This document shows, one piece after another, positions 37,489-46,880 of a stretch of DNA of 64,000 bases. The DNA is from a virus (Duplodnaviria > Caudoviricetes). Both the position numbers and the translations under genes were made by a program. The notes under the pieces are model-generated. The model did no database searches. It was not told the DNA's origin and saw only the letters and a program-made list of their open reading frames with translations. How positions within the stretch are numbered: the stretch's first letter is position 1; the number at the start of each line of letters is the position of its first letter. The DNA lies in IMG/VR virus record IMGVR_UViG_3300013113_000816, positions 1,223 to 65,222 of that record; one strand, 5' to 3'.

Positions 37489-39978
37489 ATGGGTAAATCT
37501 CTTCTTAAAAATCGCATTAAGAAAATCTTAAATGAAGCTCTTACCCCCGACCAAGTATCCCAAGTAGAAGACAAATACAACTCAATTTATTCAGGCATGT
37601 TGAAGGGCAATAAAAAAAAGCTTATGAAATATGTCGATCCAAAATTTAAAAGGCCAAACCCTGATGCAATGGCTATGGGTAGGGCTATTAATTTAGTTAA
37701 AAAGGATAGTGATAAAGAAGAAGTTAATGAAGCTAAGTATCCTGAATACACAGTAACAAAAGATGATTGGAAAAAATCAAAATATCCATTTGAAAAACTA
37801 AAAAATAGTGAATTCAAAATTAAAATAGCAGGAGAAGGTGATGATAGAAAATATTTGTTTTTTTGGAAGGAAGATGGTGAAGGTGATTGGGAAGCAGGAA
37901 ACATGAAAAGACAATTAAGAAGTGCTTTAACTGCCATAGCTAAAAGAAAACTACCTATTAAAGAAGATGAAATGATAAATGAATATTCCTTTGAATGGAA
38001 CAAAGCTAGAGCGGGTAGAATTATGAAGGATTTATTTGGACCTGATTTTGAATTTGATTACACATATAAACTTGAAGGTGATAGGATTATAATTCATCCT
38101 GAAGGATATAATGATGATGGTACTTTATTTGATATGAAAGATGTTCATAAAGAAAAAATTATAAGAACATTTCGAGATAAAATGCCAAGTGCTAATGCAA
38201 AACCTAACATGGGTGGAGGGATAACAGTACATTTAAAAGAATCAGTAAATGAAAATGAAATGAGTACAAAAATACCTTTTGTAATAGACCTGGGAGAGGA
38301 TATATCTAGAGCTAATTATAAAAAAGTAATGTTGAAATTAGATTCAATGGGTTACAAAGGATGGTATCAATTAGCTATGAATGTGAGAGATAAATTATTA
38401 GTTAATAGGCTTGGTAGAAAACCAATAATACACTTTTACCCTGGATTTAGATATCTAATATTAGGCCCAATAGGAGAAATCCCAGAAAAAGAGATAAATC
38501 ATAACAATGAACTTATAGAAAAATATTCATCATTAGAAGTAGTTCCTTTTGAAGATTTTCTTAATGAATCAGTTAATGAAAATGAAGCTCCTGTAAAAGT
38601 AGGAGATAAATTAAAAATGGCTTACCAAGGAAGTACTGTACGTGATAAAACAGGTGTAGTAACCTCAGTATCAGATGATATGGCTCAAGTTGATTTTGGT
38701 GGGGGAGATGTTTATGGTATTTTATTTAGTAGAATTAAAGGAAATGAAATTATGAAAGAAGATTTAATTAAAGAAGCATCATGGGATGAAATAGCAATGG
38801 AGAAATATGGTGTAAAATATGATAAATTAAATCATCTAGAACAGGAATGGGTTCGTGATAAAATGGATAAGGATAGAGGAGTAATGGAAGAAGTCACTTC
38901 AGTTAATGAACGACTTTCCTCAATGGTAAGAGAAGTTTATTCTGAAAAGCAAAGAAAATGGGCATGTGCTCAAGACGATCCCAAATTTGATGAAATGTGT
39001 AAAGACACAGCAATATCAAAAAAGAAATTAGAAGAATACTTTATGTTAATGAACCCCTCTAAGAAAAGAGGAGGAGGAAAAAATTACCCATCAGAATATT
39101 TAGGTGTACTTGCTCATTATCAACATAGTGTATTAAAAATTCCAAGACATAAAAGAGCAAAAGCTACAGTAGGAGCAGATATGCATGATCGTTATGGTCA
39201 AGAAGTTTGGGATATTATAAGTAATAATTATCCTACATTAGGTTTAGACCCAACCCCACCTTCTAATTGGAAAGATACAGCTAGATTATTAGCTGGTAAA
39301 TTTAAAGAAGCAGATTTAAGTTATTATAGAGATCTTAAAAAACCTTTTTTAAATGAAGGAAAAACATCAACTGTTAGCAAATCGAGAGCCAAATCATCAC
39401 TTAAACAAATGTTAAAAGGTAAACGTGATGATGGAATGGGTAAACCTACATTAAAAGCTGTACTGGCAATTGATAAGGATGGTAAAGAAACTGAAGTAAA
39501 AAAATTAGAAGACTTTGATAAGTTTGAAAAAGGAACTAAATTCGCATTAAAAGAAACAACTATGAATAACGATAGACTAACTGAATTAATAAAAGCAGCC
39601 TTAAAAGGACCAGTTAAAGAAGATAAATCCAAATTAGAAGAGATAGGTAAAGTGAAATGGCAAGGTGAATTATTAGATAAACTTAAAATTTATTTTAAAA
39701 TAGCTTATGAAACAGGGTTAGAATCATTAGGGTCATATGATGATTTTGAGGAAGAATTTTGGAATAGAAATAAGGATGACATGCTTTATAAATTACACAA
39801 TTTAAATGAATCCTACATGATGGATACTGATAGTAATGCAAACACTGCAGTATTACAAGTTTTAAGTATTTTAAAACATGCAGATATAGATGGTGAAACT
39901 ATGCAATATATTTTAGAAGAATTAGGGATGGATGAACAAATGTGGAAACAATTAAATGTTAAATACGGAACACCGTGA
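37489..39978 (+). CDS. 829-aa modular protein punctuated by [ILV]-x-E sites (putative internal polyprotein)
   Basis: Leader LLKNRIKKILNE; EVNE, MINE, ESVNENE twice, LIKE, FLNE, ALKE and LNE between dissimilar segments. Confidence 0.7.
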   Translation: MGKSLLKNRIKKILNEALTPDQVSQVEDKYNSIYSGMLKGNKKKLMKYVDPKFKRPNPDAMAMGRAINLVKKDSDKEEVNEAKYPEYTVTKDDWKKSKYPFEKLKNSEFKIKIAGEGDDRKYLFFWKEDGEGDWEAGNMKRQLRSALTAIAKRKLPIKEDEMINEYSFEWNKARAGRIMKDLFGPDFEFDYTYKLEGDRIIIHPEGYNDDGTLFDMKDVHKEKIIRTFRDKMPSANAKPNMGGGITVHLKESVNENEMSTKIPFVIDLGEDISRANYKKVMLKLDSMGYKGWYQLAMNVRDKLLVNRLGRKPIIHFYPGFRYLILGPIGEIPEKEINHNNELIEKYSSLEVVPFEDFLNESVNENEAPVKVGDKLKMAYQGSTVRDKTGVVTSVSDDMAQVDFGGGDVYGILFSRIKGNEIMKEDLIKEASWDEIAMEKYGVKYDKLNHLEQEWVRDKMDKDRGVMEEVTSVNERLSSMVREVYSEKQRKWACAQDDPKFDEMCKDTAISKKKLEEYFMLMNPSKKRGGGKNYPSEYLGVLAHYQHSVLKIPRHKRAKATVGADMHDRYGQEVWDIISNNYPTLGLDPTPPSNWKDTARLLAGKFKEADLSYYRDLKKPFLNEGKTSTVSKSRAKSSLKQMLKGKRDDGMGKPTLKAVLAIDKDGKETEVKKLEDFDKFEKGTKFALKETTMNNDRLTELIKAALKGPVKEDKSKLEEIGKVKWQGELLDKLKIYFKIAYETGLESLGSYDDFEEEFWNRNKDDMLYKLHNLNESYMMDTDSNANTAVLQVLSILKHADIDGETMQYILEELGMDEQMWKQLNVKYGTP

Positions 39979-40457
39979 CAATAGAAGAATTAAAAGAACG
40001 AATTAAAGGATTAGCTCTTGAAGTAATAAGCGACAGAAAAAAAGCTGAAATAGCTGCTGTTGAGTATGATGAATTGACTAAATTTCCTGAGTTAAAAAAG
40101 GTTATAGTAACCCTTTTAACAGCGGATTTTAATTCATTTGTAGCCTCTATTGATTGGGTTGCTCCTCGTCCTACTACATTTAGAATTAACTTAAAAAACG
40201 ATGAAGAATTCTATTTAATATGGATGAATAGAAGTTGGATAGCTCAAGTAGAAGGAAAAAAATATTATTTACTTAACTTACCTGAAGAAGAACGTGCTGT
40301 TGAAGCAATTGCTCGTATATTAAGATATGGCCCTGTAGCAGGAGAAGAGGAAGCAGAAGAAGGATTTGATGTGGGTGGTGAAGCCGGTGGTGAAGAAGCA
40401 GGTGGTGGTGAAGAAATAGATGTAGATATAGAAGACACAACAGATATAGAAGTATAA
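39975..40457 (+). CDS. hypothetical protein with acidic tail
   Basis: GTG start; EELKERIKGLALE leader; IDWVAPRPTTFRI. Confidence 0.7.
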   Translation: MTIEELKERIKGLALEVISDRKKAEIAAVEYDELTKFPELKKVIVTLLTADFNSFVASIDWVAPRPTTFRINLKNDEEFYLIWMNRSWIAQVEGKKYYLLNLPEEERAVEAIARILRYGPVAGEEEAEEGFDVGGEAGGEEAGGGEEIDVDIEDTTDIEV

Positions 40458-40463
40458 AATGAA

Positions 40464-41630
40464 ATGGATGTTTTAGATAAGTTTTTTATAAAATACTCAT
40501 ATAAATTTCCCAAAGGATATCCTGACTTAAAAGACAAGCGGGATATTTTGTTGTTGGAGAGTATATTGGAAGAGCTTGATGTTAATATTAAATTAAATGA
40601 AGCAAACCTTTCGGGTAGGACAACAAATTATAGCCAACCCACAGGAGCTTTTTACAAGTATGTTGAGCTAAATGATAGTTCTGATATTATGGATTTTGAA
40701 ACAGAAAGGGATGCTCCTATTTTTGATACTGAATCTTTTAAAATAGTAGACAATTTAAGTAAAGGAGAAAAATTTAAAATCTTAGATAATAAAGAATCAG
40801 ATTTAACAAAAAAAGGCCCTTCATATTATACACGTATAGAGTATAAAGGTAAAGAATACTTAATTAAATTAACAGACATATTAAAACCCACAGGAAAACA
40901 AGTTGATTTTATAGATGTTAACTTAGACATTAAAACTAAAGAAAACGTTTTTAATAATTTTAAGGCGGGTCATGGGCAAGAAAAAGACATAGTAAAACTT
41001 TTATTTGATACATCCGGAGAAAATTATGAATTTACTTATGAAGGTAAACAATATGAAATAGAAAGATTAGGAGCACCAACATTTTCAGGTAAAGGTAACC
41101 CTAAAACCGATGTATTTATTAAATTAGATAAACCTATTAGCCCATATGGAGATGATTTAAAGGTTAGTTTAAAGGCTGCTAATGCTACTTTTGTAGAAAA
41201 TTGGATGTTACCTTCAAGATTTGAACAAATATTAGGGTTAGAAGATGGAAGAGAAATAATTTTAGATTTTCATAAAAAATTACAAGAGGGTAAAATAGGA
41301 ACTCGAAGTCCATATATGTACTGGTTTATAAAAACAAAACCCTATAATTCAGATTATGAGTTAAATAGAGAACAAGAATTTGAAGCATACTCTGGAGCAA
41401 ATAAATTTGGACCTGATTCTGAAGCTACAGCTAATGTCTATTTTAAAGGTAAAGTACCTAACACCATTGAAAACTTTATAAAAGATTTAAGACCCATTAG
41501 TGAATTAGATGCGGATATAGGTTTACACCTTAGAGGGTATGCTAAAGGGGGAAATGCTGCTTGTTATTTAATGGATGATAATAAAGAATGGTTAATTAAT
41601 CCTACTTGGAAAGATAAATTTAACATTTAA
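40464..41630 (+). CDS. protein with N-terminal leader and PD-(D/E)XK restriction-endonuclease-like domain
   Basis: SYKFPKGYPD..LLESILEE..KLNE, then GHGQE..PKTDVFI..KVSLK. Confidence 0.55.
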   Translation: MDVLDKFFIKYSYKFPKGYPDLKDKRDILLLESILEELDVNIKLNEANLSGRTTNYSQPTGAFYKYVELNDSSDIMDFETERDAPIFDTESFKIVDNLSKGEKFKILDNKESDLTKKGPSYYTRIEYKGKEYLIKLTDILKPTGKQVDFIDVNLDIKTKENVFNNFKAGHGQEKDIVKLLFDTSGENYEFTYEGKQYEIERLGAPTFSGKGNPKTDVFIKLDKPISPYGDDLKVSLKAANATFVENWMLPSRFEQILGLEDGREIILDFHKKLQEGKIGTRSPYMYWFIKTKPYNSDYELNREQEFEAYSGANKFGPDSEATANVYFKGKVPNTIENFIKDLRPISELDADIGLHLRGYAKGGNAACYLMDDNKEWLINPTWKDKFNI

Positions 41631-41641
41631 TATTTATAACC

Positions 41642-41767
41642 ATGAAAGAATCACTTACATCATATACACGTTTAAGAGAACTAATAAAAGAGTCATTATT
41701 GGTACAACCTAAAAAAGGATGTGGGTGTGGATGTACTAAATGTAAGGAAAAAGCTAATAAAAAATAA
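41642..41767 (+). CDS. 41-aa Cys-rich protein with LRELIKE leader
   Basis: Manual translation MKESLTSYTRLRELIKESLLVQPKKGCGCGCTKCKEKANKK; TATTTATA at 41631; TAATG-coupled. Confidence 0.6.
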   Translation: MKESLTSYTRLRELIKESLLVQPKKGCGCGCTKCKEKANKK

Positions 41768-42309
41768 TGGATAATTTCGATTTAAGAAAATATCTAGCTG
41801 AAAATGCTCTTTTAAGTGAAGAAGACATCGATGATGAATTTATTGATTTAGCTAATGATTTAGCTGATGAAATAGAGGATGAATTAGAAGACCAAAAAAT
41901 AAATGAAGCTGTTGGAGTTGTTGGAATAATAGGTTTAATTTTATTATCTAATACTGTTGCTTTAATGCTTTCTAGATTTGCTAAAAAACAATTTACTAAA
42001 AGAGATTGGGGAAAAGGAGAAAAAGCAGCCAAAGCTATTGAAGATTTTGCCCACAAAAATGAAAAAGCATTTAAAGCCCCAATTAAAAGAGTTGTAGGTA
42101 TCTTTACCAAAAATGAAAAATGGAAAAACACAATCTCAGAAATCTTATATGCTTTAATCATATTAATGATGGCAGGTCAAGCAGGAGGAGAAGCAGTTAA
42201 TTATTTGAAAAGAGCAGGATGGTTAAAAGGAGGATTATACTCATTAAAATCATTTGTTAAGGGAAAAGAAGTGCATGATATAATAAAAACTGTAGTAACA
42301 GATATATAA
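41767..42309 (+). CDS. protein with MDNFDLRKYLAEN leader and TM segments
   Basis: Leader, KINE, then hydrophobic AVGVVGIIGLILL. Confidence 0.75.
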   Translation: MDNFDLRKYLAENALLSEEDIDDEFIDLANDLADEIEDELEDQKINEAVGVVGIIGLILLSNTVALMLSRFAKKQFTKRDWGKGEKAAKAIEDFAHKNEKAFKAPIKRVVGIFTKNEKWKNTISEILYALIILMMAGQAGGEAVNYLKRAGWLKGGLYSLKSFVKGKEVHDIIKTVVTDI

Positions 42310-42346
42310 TAATATTTTTTAACGTATTTATAATAAATAAAATGAA

Positions 42347-42976
42347 ATGAAAAGATCAGAATTTAGAAATCTCATTAAAAGAGAGCTTATTAAAGAAGCT
42401 AAAGGAACTTCATATGAGTCAAAATTAGCTGAAATTGAAAAACAAGGACAAATTACTACCTTAGAAGCTAAAATCGATGCTTTAGCAGAAATGATTGAAG
42501 CCAAAAACAGTAGATTAAGTTTAGTTAGTGAAGATGAAAATCTTTCTGAACTCATTGATAAGAAAAAAATCAAAGAGATGCAAAAAGAAATCAAGCTTTT
42601 AGAAAAAACTAAATTGAAACTTGAAAAACTCTATGAAAAAAAGAGTGGTGGTAAGAAAAAAGATGTAGTAACAGATGATCCATCAGATGAAGATATGGAT
42701 CACCAAGATGCACTTGATAAAGCCTCAGAAGAAGGATCTACAGAATTTATAGACGAAGGTACTGATTCAACTTATGAAGAAGATGGTAATGACTCCGTAA
42801 ATGAAGATTTTGATGATGTTGTTGATGATATCATGGATCAAGGAAAATCAAGAGAAGATGCTGAAAACATAGCAGGAGCAATAAATCGTGATCATGTAGG
42901 TAATTACAGACAAGAAGAATCAATATCAGAATTTAATTTAAGAGAATATTTAGCAGATAATAATCTAACAAAATAA
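42347..42976 (+). CDS. acidic protein with MKRSEFRNLIK leader
   Basis: N-terminal leader and C-terminal EFNLREYLADN motif. Confidence 0.75.
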   Translation: MKRSEFRNLIKRELIKEAKGTSYESKLAEIEKQGQITTLEAKIDALAEMIEAKNSRLSLVSEDENLSELIDKKKIKEMQKEIKLLEKTKLKLEKLYEKKSGGKKKDVVTDDPSDEDMDHQDALDKASEEGSTEFIDEGTDSTYEEDGNDSVNEDFDDVVDDIMDQGKSREDAENIAGAINRDHVGNYRQEESISEFNLREYLADNNLTK

Positions 42977-43027
42977 AAACATACAGACTGATTCATAGCC
43001 AGTCGATTTAAAAAATATTTAGGAGCT

Positions 43028-43060
43028 GTGGCCCATCCTTTGGATGGGTCACTTTTTTTT
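43028..43060 (+). terminator. intrinsic terminator overlapping a TTGG-N17-CGTATATT promoter
   Basis: GTGGCCCATCC-TTT-GGATGGGTCAC followed by T8; TTGG at 43040 and CGTATATT at 43061. Confidence 0.8.
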
Positions 43061-43090
43061 CGTATATTAACACCAAAACTAAATTAGTAA

Positions 43091-44446
43091 ATGGATAAAA
43101 TAGTAATTGTAGGAGCAGGAGTAGCAGGAATAAACGCAGCTACAAAATTAGTAGACAACAATTTTAAAGGCCAAATCACAATTATTGATATGGGTAAAGA
43201 CCCATACAATAGAAAACCTGAAGAAGTAATGACAGGTTTTTTAGGAGCAGGAGGATGGTCAGATGGTAAATTAACTTATCATACTGAAGTAGGTGGTCAA
43301 TTATCAAAATATTGTGGTGAAGATAAAGCTATGGAATTATTTGATCAAGTTATAGCTAACTTTAAACGATTCCACCCTAAACCAGAAGAAGTACAATGTT
43401 CTGATCCTCAAGCAGAACCTGATTTTATTAAACCATATTTTGGTTTAAAATTATTTCCTGTATGGCATGTTGGTACAGATTATTTACATGAAATAGGAAA
43501 AAATTGGTATGATTATTTAGTTGAAAAGGGTGTTAACTTTATATGGGAAACTAAAGTTACTGATATTGATTTTAAAAATCAAATAATATCAGCCACATCT
43601 CCAACTTCATGGGGTCTTGAGGGTAGTTATGATACACTTATATTTGGTGTAGGCAAATCAGGAATTGATTTTGGTAAAAAATTAGCAGAACAATATGAAT
43701 TACCAACCGAACCCAAAGCAGTACAAATAGGAGTTAGATTTGAAGCACCACAACACCATTTCCAAAAATTAATTGATATTAGTTATGATTTTAAATTATA
43801 TAGAAAATTTGAAGATAAAGGTGTTTCATTAAGATCATTTTGTACTAATAATAATGCAGCTTATGTAGCAGCTGAACATACCTATGGAGATTATAGTTAC
43901 AATGGACACGCTAAAAAAGATGAAGCATATCGTAACGATATGACTAATTTTGGCATATTAATGGAAATTAGAGGTATAGATAAACCATTTGATTGGTCAA
44001 GAGAAGCAGTAAAAAAATTACAAAAGAATGGTAAAGGTACATTTTATTCACCTTATTTTAATAGGGTACCTTCTACAACATCTGAAGGAGATTATGTAAA
44101 AGTAGAAGTAGTAAATAGTATGTTATCATTATATGAGGCATTAGGTGATTATGCCTTTTATATAGAAGATTTTATTGAGGATATGAAAGAAGTATTTCCA
44201 ACATTAGGTGATGATTGGGGGATTTATATGCCTGAAGTAAAATATTTATCACCTGAACCACTGGTTAATTATAAAAACTTATCTTTAACTAAATTCCCAA
44301 ATGTTCACTTTGTAGGTGATGCTTTAAGTGCAAGGGGAATCACAGTATCAGGTGCACAAGGAATTTACGTAATAGAAAACATGATAGAAAATGATGCCTA
44401 TATGAAATATAGAACATTTAATTTAAATAAAAAACAACAAATATGA
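43091..44446 (+). CDS. FAD-dependent oxidoreductase (COG2509-like)
   Basis: IVGAGVAG, GAGGWSDGKL, IGVRFE, RSFCTN, PEVKY, GDA..RGI. Confidence 0.85.
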   Translation: MDKIVIVGAGVAGINAATKLVDNNFKGQITIIDMGKDPYNRKPEEVMTGFLGAGGWSDGKLTYHTEVGGQLSKYCGEDKAMELFDQVIANFKRFHPKPEEVQCSDPQAEPDFIKPYFGLKLFPVWHVGTDYLHEIGKNWYDYLVEKGVNFIWETKVTDIDFKNQIISATSPTSWGLEGSYDTLIFGVGKSGIDFGKKLAEQYELPTEPKAVQIGVRFEAPQHHFQKLIDISYDFKLYRKFEDKGVSLRSFCTNNNAAYVAAEHTYGDYSYNGHAKKDEAYRNDMTNFGILMEIRGIDKPFDWSREAVKKLQKNGKGTFYSPYFNRVPSTTSEGDYVKVEVVNSMLSLYEALGDYAFYIEDFIEDMKEVFPTLGDDWGIYMPEVKYLSPEPLVNYKNLSLTKFPNVHFVGDALSARGITVSGAQGIYVIENMIENDAYMKYRTFNLNKKQQI

Positions 44447-44718
44447 GCAAGAAAGAGAAATTTTACGAATACAAAAAGATTAAAGTAAAAGGTGCTTTAC
44501 ATTACTTATTTAGAGAAGATGAAAGTAAAAATTGGCTCCATCATAATACTGAAGGACCCGCTATTGAACCCATTGATTCTAATGATAGAAGCATTTCTAA
44601 AAAGTACTATCTTTTTGGGTTTGAAAAAACAAGAGATGAGTTTAAAGAATATCAACAAAGCAAAGAAGGTTTACCTTGGTATAAAAATCCTTCAATGAAA
44701 GCAGTAGCAAGATTTTAA
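44443..44718 (+). CDS. hypothetical protein (LHxxxGPAIE motif)
   Basis: WLHHNTEGPAIEP..YYLFG. Confidence 0.7.
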   Translation: MSKKEKFYEYKKIKVKGALHYLFREDESKNWLHHNTEGPAIEPIDSNDRSISKKYYLFGFEKTRDEFKEYQQSKEGLPWYKNPSMKAVARF

Positions 44719-44721
44719 ATT

Positions 44722-45261
44722 ATGAAAATAGGTTTTTGTGGAACAATGAGTGTAGGTAAAACTACATTAGTAAATGAATTAAAAAAATTTCCTGAATTTA
44801 AAGATTATACTTTTAGAACAGAACGTTCTAAATATTTAAGAGATTTAGGTATTCCTTTAAATACTGATTCAACATTAAATGGACAAACAGTGTTTTTAGC
44901 TGAAAGAGCAGCTGAATTACTTCAAGAAAATATAATAACTGATAGAACTGTTATTGATGTTATGGCTTTCACTAGTTTAGCAGATTCAATTGACTATCCA
45001 GAATTAGATGATTTTGAAAACCTTGCTTCAAGGTTTATTGAAGATTATGATTATATATTTTATGTATCACCTGAAGGGGTTGACATTGAAGATAATGGAG
45101 TTAGAGAAACAGATGCTAAATATAGAGATTTAGTAGACTTTAGTATAAACAAATTTTTAGATAGATATAGTTGGAAAATAAAAAATCTAATTAAATTAAA
45201 AGGCACTACTGAAGAACGTATAGAATCATTTAAAGAGGCACTTCTCCCCCAGTATTTATAA
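44722..45261 (+). CDS. AAA_28 / NadR-type P-loop nucleotide kinase
   Basis: GTMSVGKTT, TDRTVID, EDNGVR. Confidence 0.8.
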   Translation: MKIGFCGTMSVGKTTLVNELKKFPEFKDYTFRTERSKYLRDLGIPLNTDSTLNGQTVFLAERAAELLQENIITDRTVIDVMAFTSLADSIDYPELDDFENLASRFIEDYDYIFYVSPEGVDIEDNGVRETDAKYRDLVDFSINKFLDRYSWKIKNLIKLKGTTEERIESFKEALLPQYL

Positions 45262-45276
45262 TAAAAATATTTGATA

Positions 45277-46152
45277 ATGAAAAAATCACAACTTAAAGAA
45301 GCTATCAAAAACGAAATTAGATCTGTACTATCAGAAAATGATTATGATAAAGGTATGGAATTGTCTTATATTAAAGATCATGGGGAAAAAGATGGAATAG
45401 CTGCCATAGGTAGAAATATAAACATGTTTGGGCCTCCTAAACTTAAAAGTGTAGCAGAAATTCAAACTTATGTTGAAGCATTTGGAGATGGTGTTGAAGA
45501 AGAAGGTAGGAGAATTTCTCATAAAATGGGAATAGCTATGAGAGGTGGAGGAGATGAAGAAGCACTTTCAGGACTAATTGGATTAAAGGAAATCCTTAAT
45601 CCTGAAGTTCACAAAATGGTTAACAACCTTATTAGAAAAATAGCTAAAATGTATGGATATGAAGAAAGAAACGCAGTATATGCTATTAAGCAAGCCATAA
45701 GTGATTGGGAAGATGAACCAGGTCAAGTAGCATTACCCCCATTAAGAGAAGGTACTTGGAGTTCTGGAACTTATAATGAAATTGGTAGATTTATAAATGA
45801 TTTAAAAAGACTTAAAAATGATTATTATAACATAGTAGGTAGTGATGATGTTTTTAATGGTTTAGACCAAGCTGAAAGTGCTGCCGAAGAAATGATGGTG
45901 AATGCTCCTGAAAACAGATCAGATATTACTGAAGATGAAGAACCAACATCTGCAGAAGTAAAAAAAGAAAAAAGCATAGCTGCTGAAAAAGAAGCTGCTC
46001 TTAAAGCGCAAAAAGCTTTAAAAGATCTTAAATCTAAAATGAAGAAAAAAGCTAAAGAATACAAAGAAGCTGAAGGTGATGCTAAAGAAAAAATAAAAGC
46101 TGAATTAAAGAAAATGACAGCTGAAAAGAAAAAACTTGAAAAAGATACTTAA
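45277..46152 (+). CDS. MKKSQL-leader modular protein
   Basis: MKKSQLKEAIKNEIRSVLSE (second ATG); internal GLKE, PLRE and DITE sites. Confidence 0.75.
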   Translation: MKKSQLKEAIKNEIRSVLSENDYDKGMELSYIKDHGEKDGIAAIGRNINMFGPPKLKSVAEIQTYVEAFGDGVEEEGRRISHKMGIAMRGGGDEEALSGLIGLKEILNPEVHKMVNNLIRKIAKMYGYEERNAVYAIKQAISDWEDEPGQVALPPLREGTWSSGTYNEIGRFINDLKRLKNDYYNIVGSDDVFNGLDQAESAAEEMMVNAPENRSDITEDEEPTSAEVKKEKSIAAEKEAALKAQKALKDLKSKMKKKAKEYKEAEGDAKEKIKAELKKMTAEKKKLEKDT

Positions 46153-46516
46153 TAATATACAATTAGTTTTTATAGTAATACTGGCAATTGCCTTGGTTTT
46201 AAGTTTATTATTTAGACCTTCAATACCCATTGATACTTATGAGGAAGAAATTAAAGCTCTAAAAACTCAAAATAAACAGTTATTATTATCAAATGATAGT
46301 ATAAATAATATTAATAATAAGTTACAAAAAGAAATTAACACTATACTCTATGCTATTGATAGCACAAAAGTTATCCTAAAAGAAACCGAAAATAAATTAG
46401 CAGAGTTAGAGAAAAAAAGAAATGAAATACCTGGTATCATTAACGATATGGATAGTGATGATATTACCAATAACATCTCAGACTATCTCAAGAGGAGAAG
46501 TAAAGGAGATAATTAA
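46136..46516 (+). CDS. TM plus coiled-coil protein (i-spanin-like candidate)
   Basis: N-terminal TM and long coiled coil; overlaps the next gene. Confidence 0.55.
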   Translation: MKKILNNIQLVFIVILAIALVLSLLFRPSIPIDTYEEEIKALKTQNKQLLLSNDSINNINNKLQKEINTILYAIDSTKVILKETENKLAELEKKRNEIPGIINDMDSDDITNNISDYLKRRSKGDN

Positions 46517-46880
46517 TAGTGATGGTGATACTTTAATCCTAATGAATTTAGAAGATGCTAGAATTGTATTAAGCGATCTTTTGGAATATGAGATTGTTGA
46601 TAGTCTTCTTACAGTTTATAAAGAAAAAGATTCATTAAACACAAATACTATAACTTTACAAAAAGATGTTATAGTTAAACTTACCCAAAAATCTCAAAAC
46701 CAACAATCAATAATAGATAATTTTGAACAAATTTTATCTAATAAGGATATTGAACTTGATATAAAAAATCAAGTTATTGAAAAACAACAAAAAGAAATTC
46801 GAAAACAAAAAAGATTAAAAGTTATTGGTTTTATTGGTTCCATTGTATTACCTATAATAACATTAATTGCCTTAATTTAG
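46422..46880 (+). CDS. signal peptide, coiled coil and C-terminal TM protein
   Basis: ORF track; 95-nt overlap with 46136. Confidence 0.6.
   Translation: MKYLVSLTIWIVMILPITSQTISRGEVKEIINSDGDTLILMNLEDARIVLSDLLEYEIVDSLLTVYKEKDSLNTNTITLQKDVIVKLTQKSQNQQSIIDNFEQILSNKDIELDIKNQVIEKQQKEIRKQKRLKVIGFIGSIVLPIITLIALI

Noticed and set aside
42986-43004. GACTG..CAGTC hairpin as an ncRNA
   Set aside because: A 5-bp stem alone is too weak to support a call
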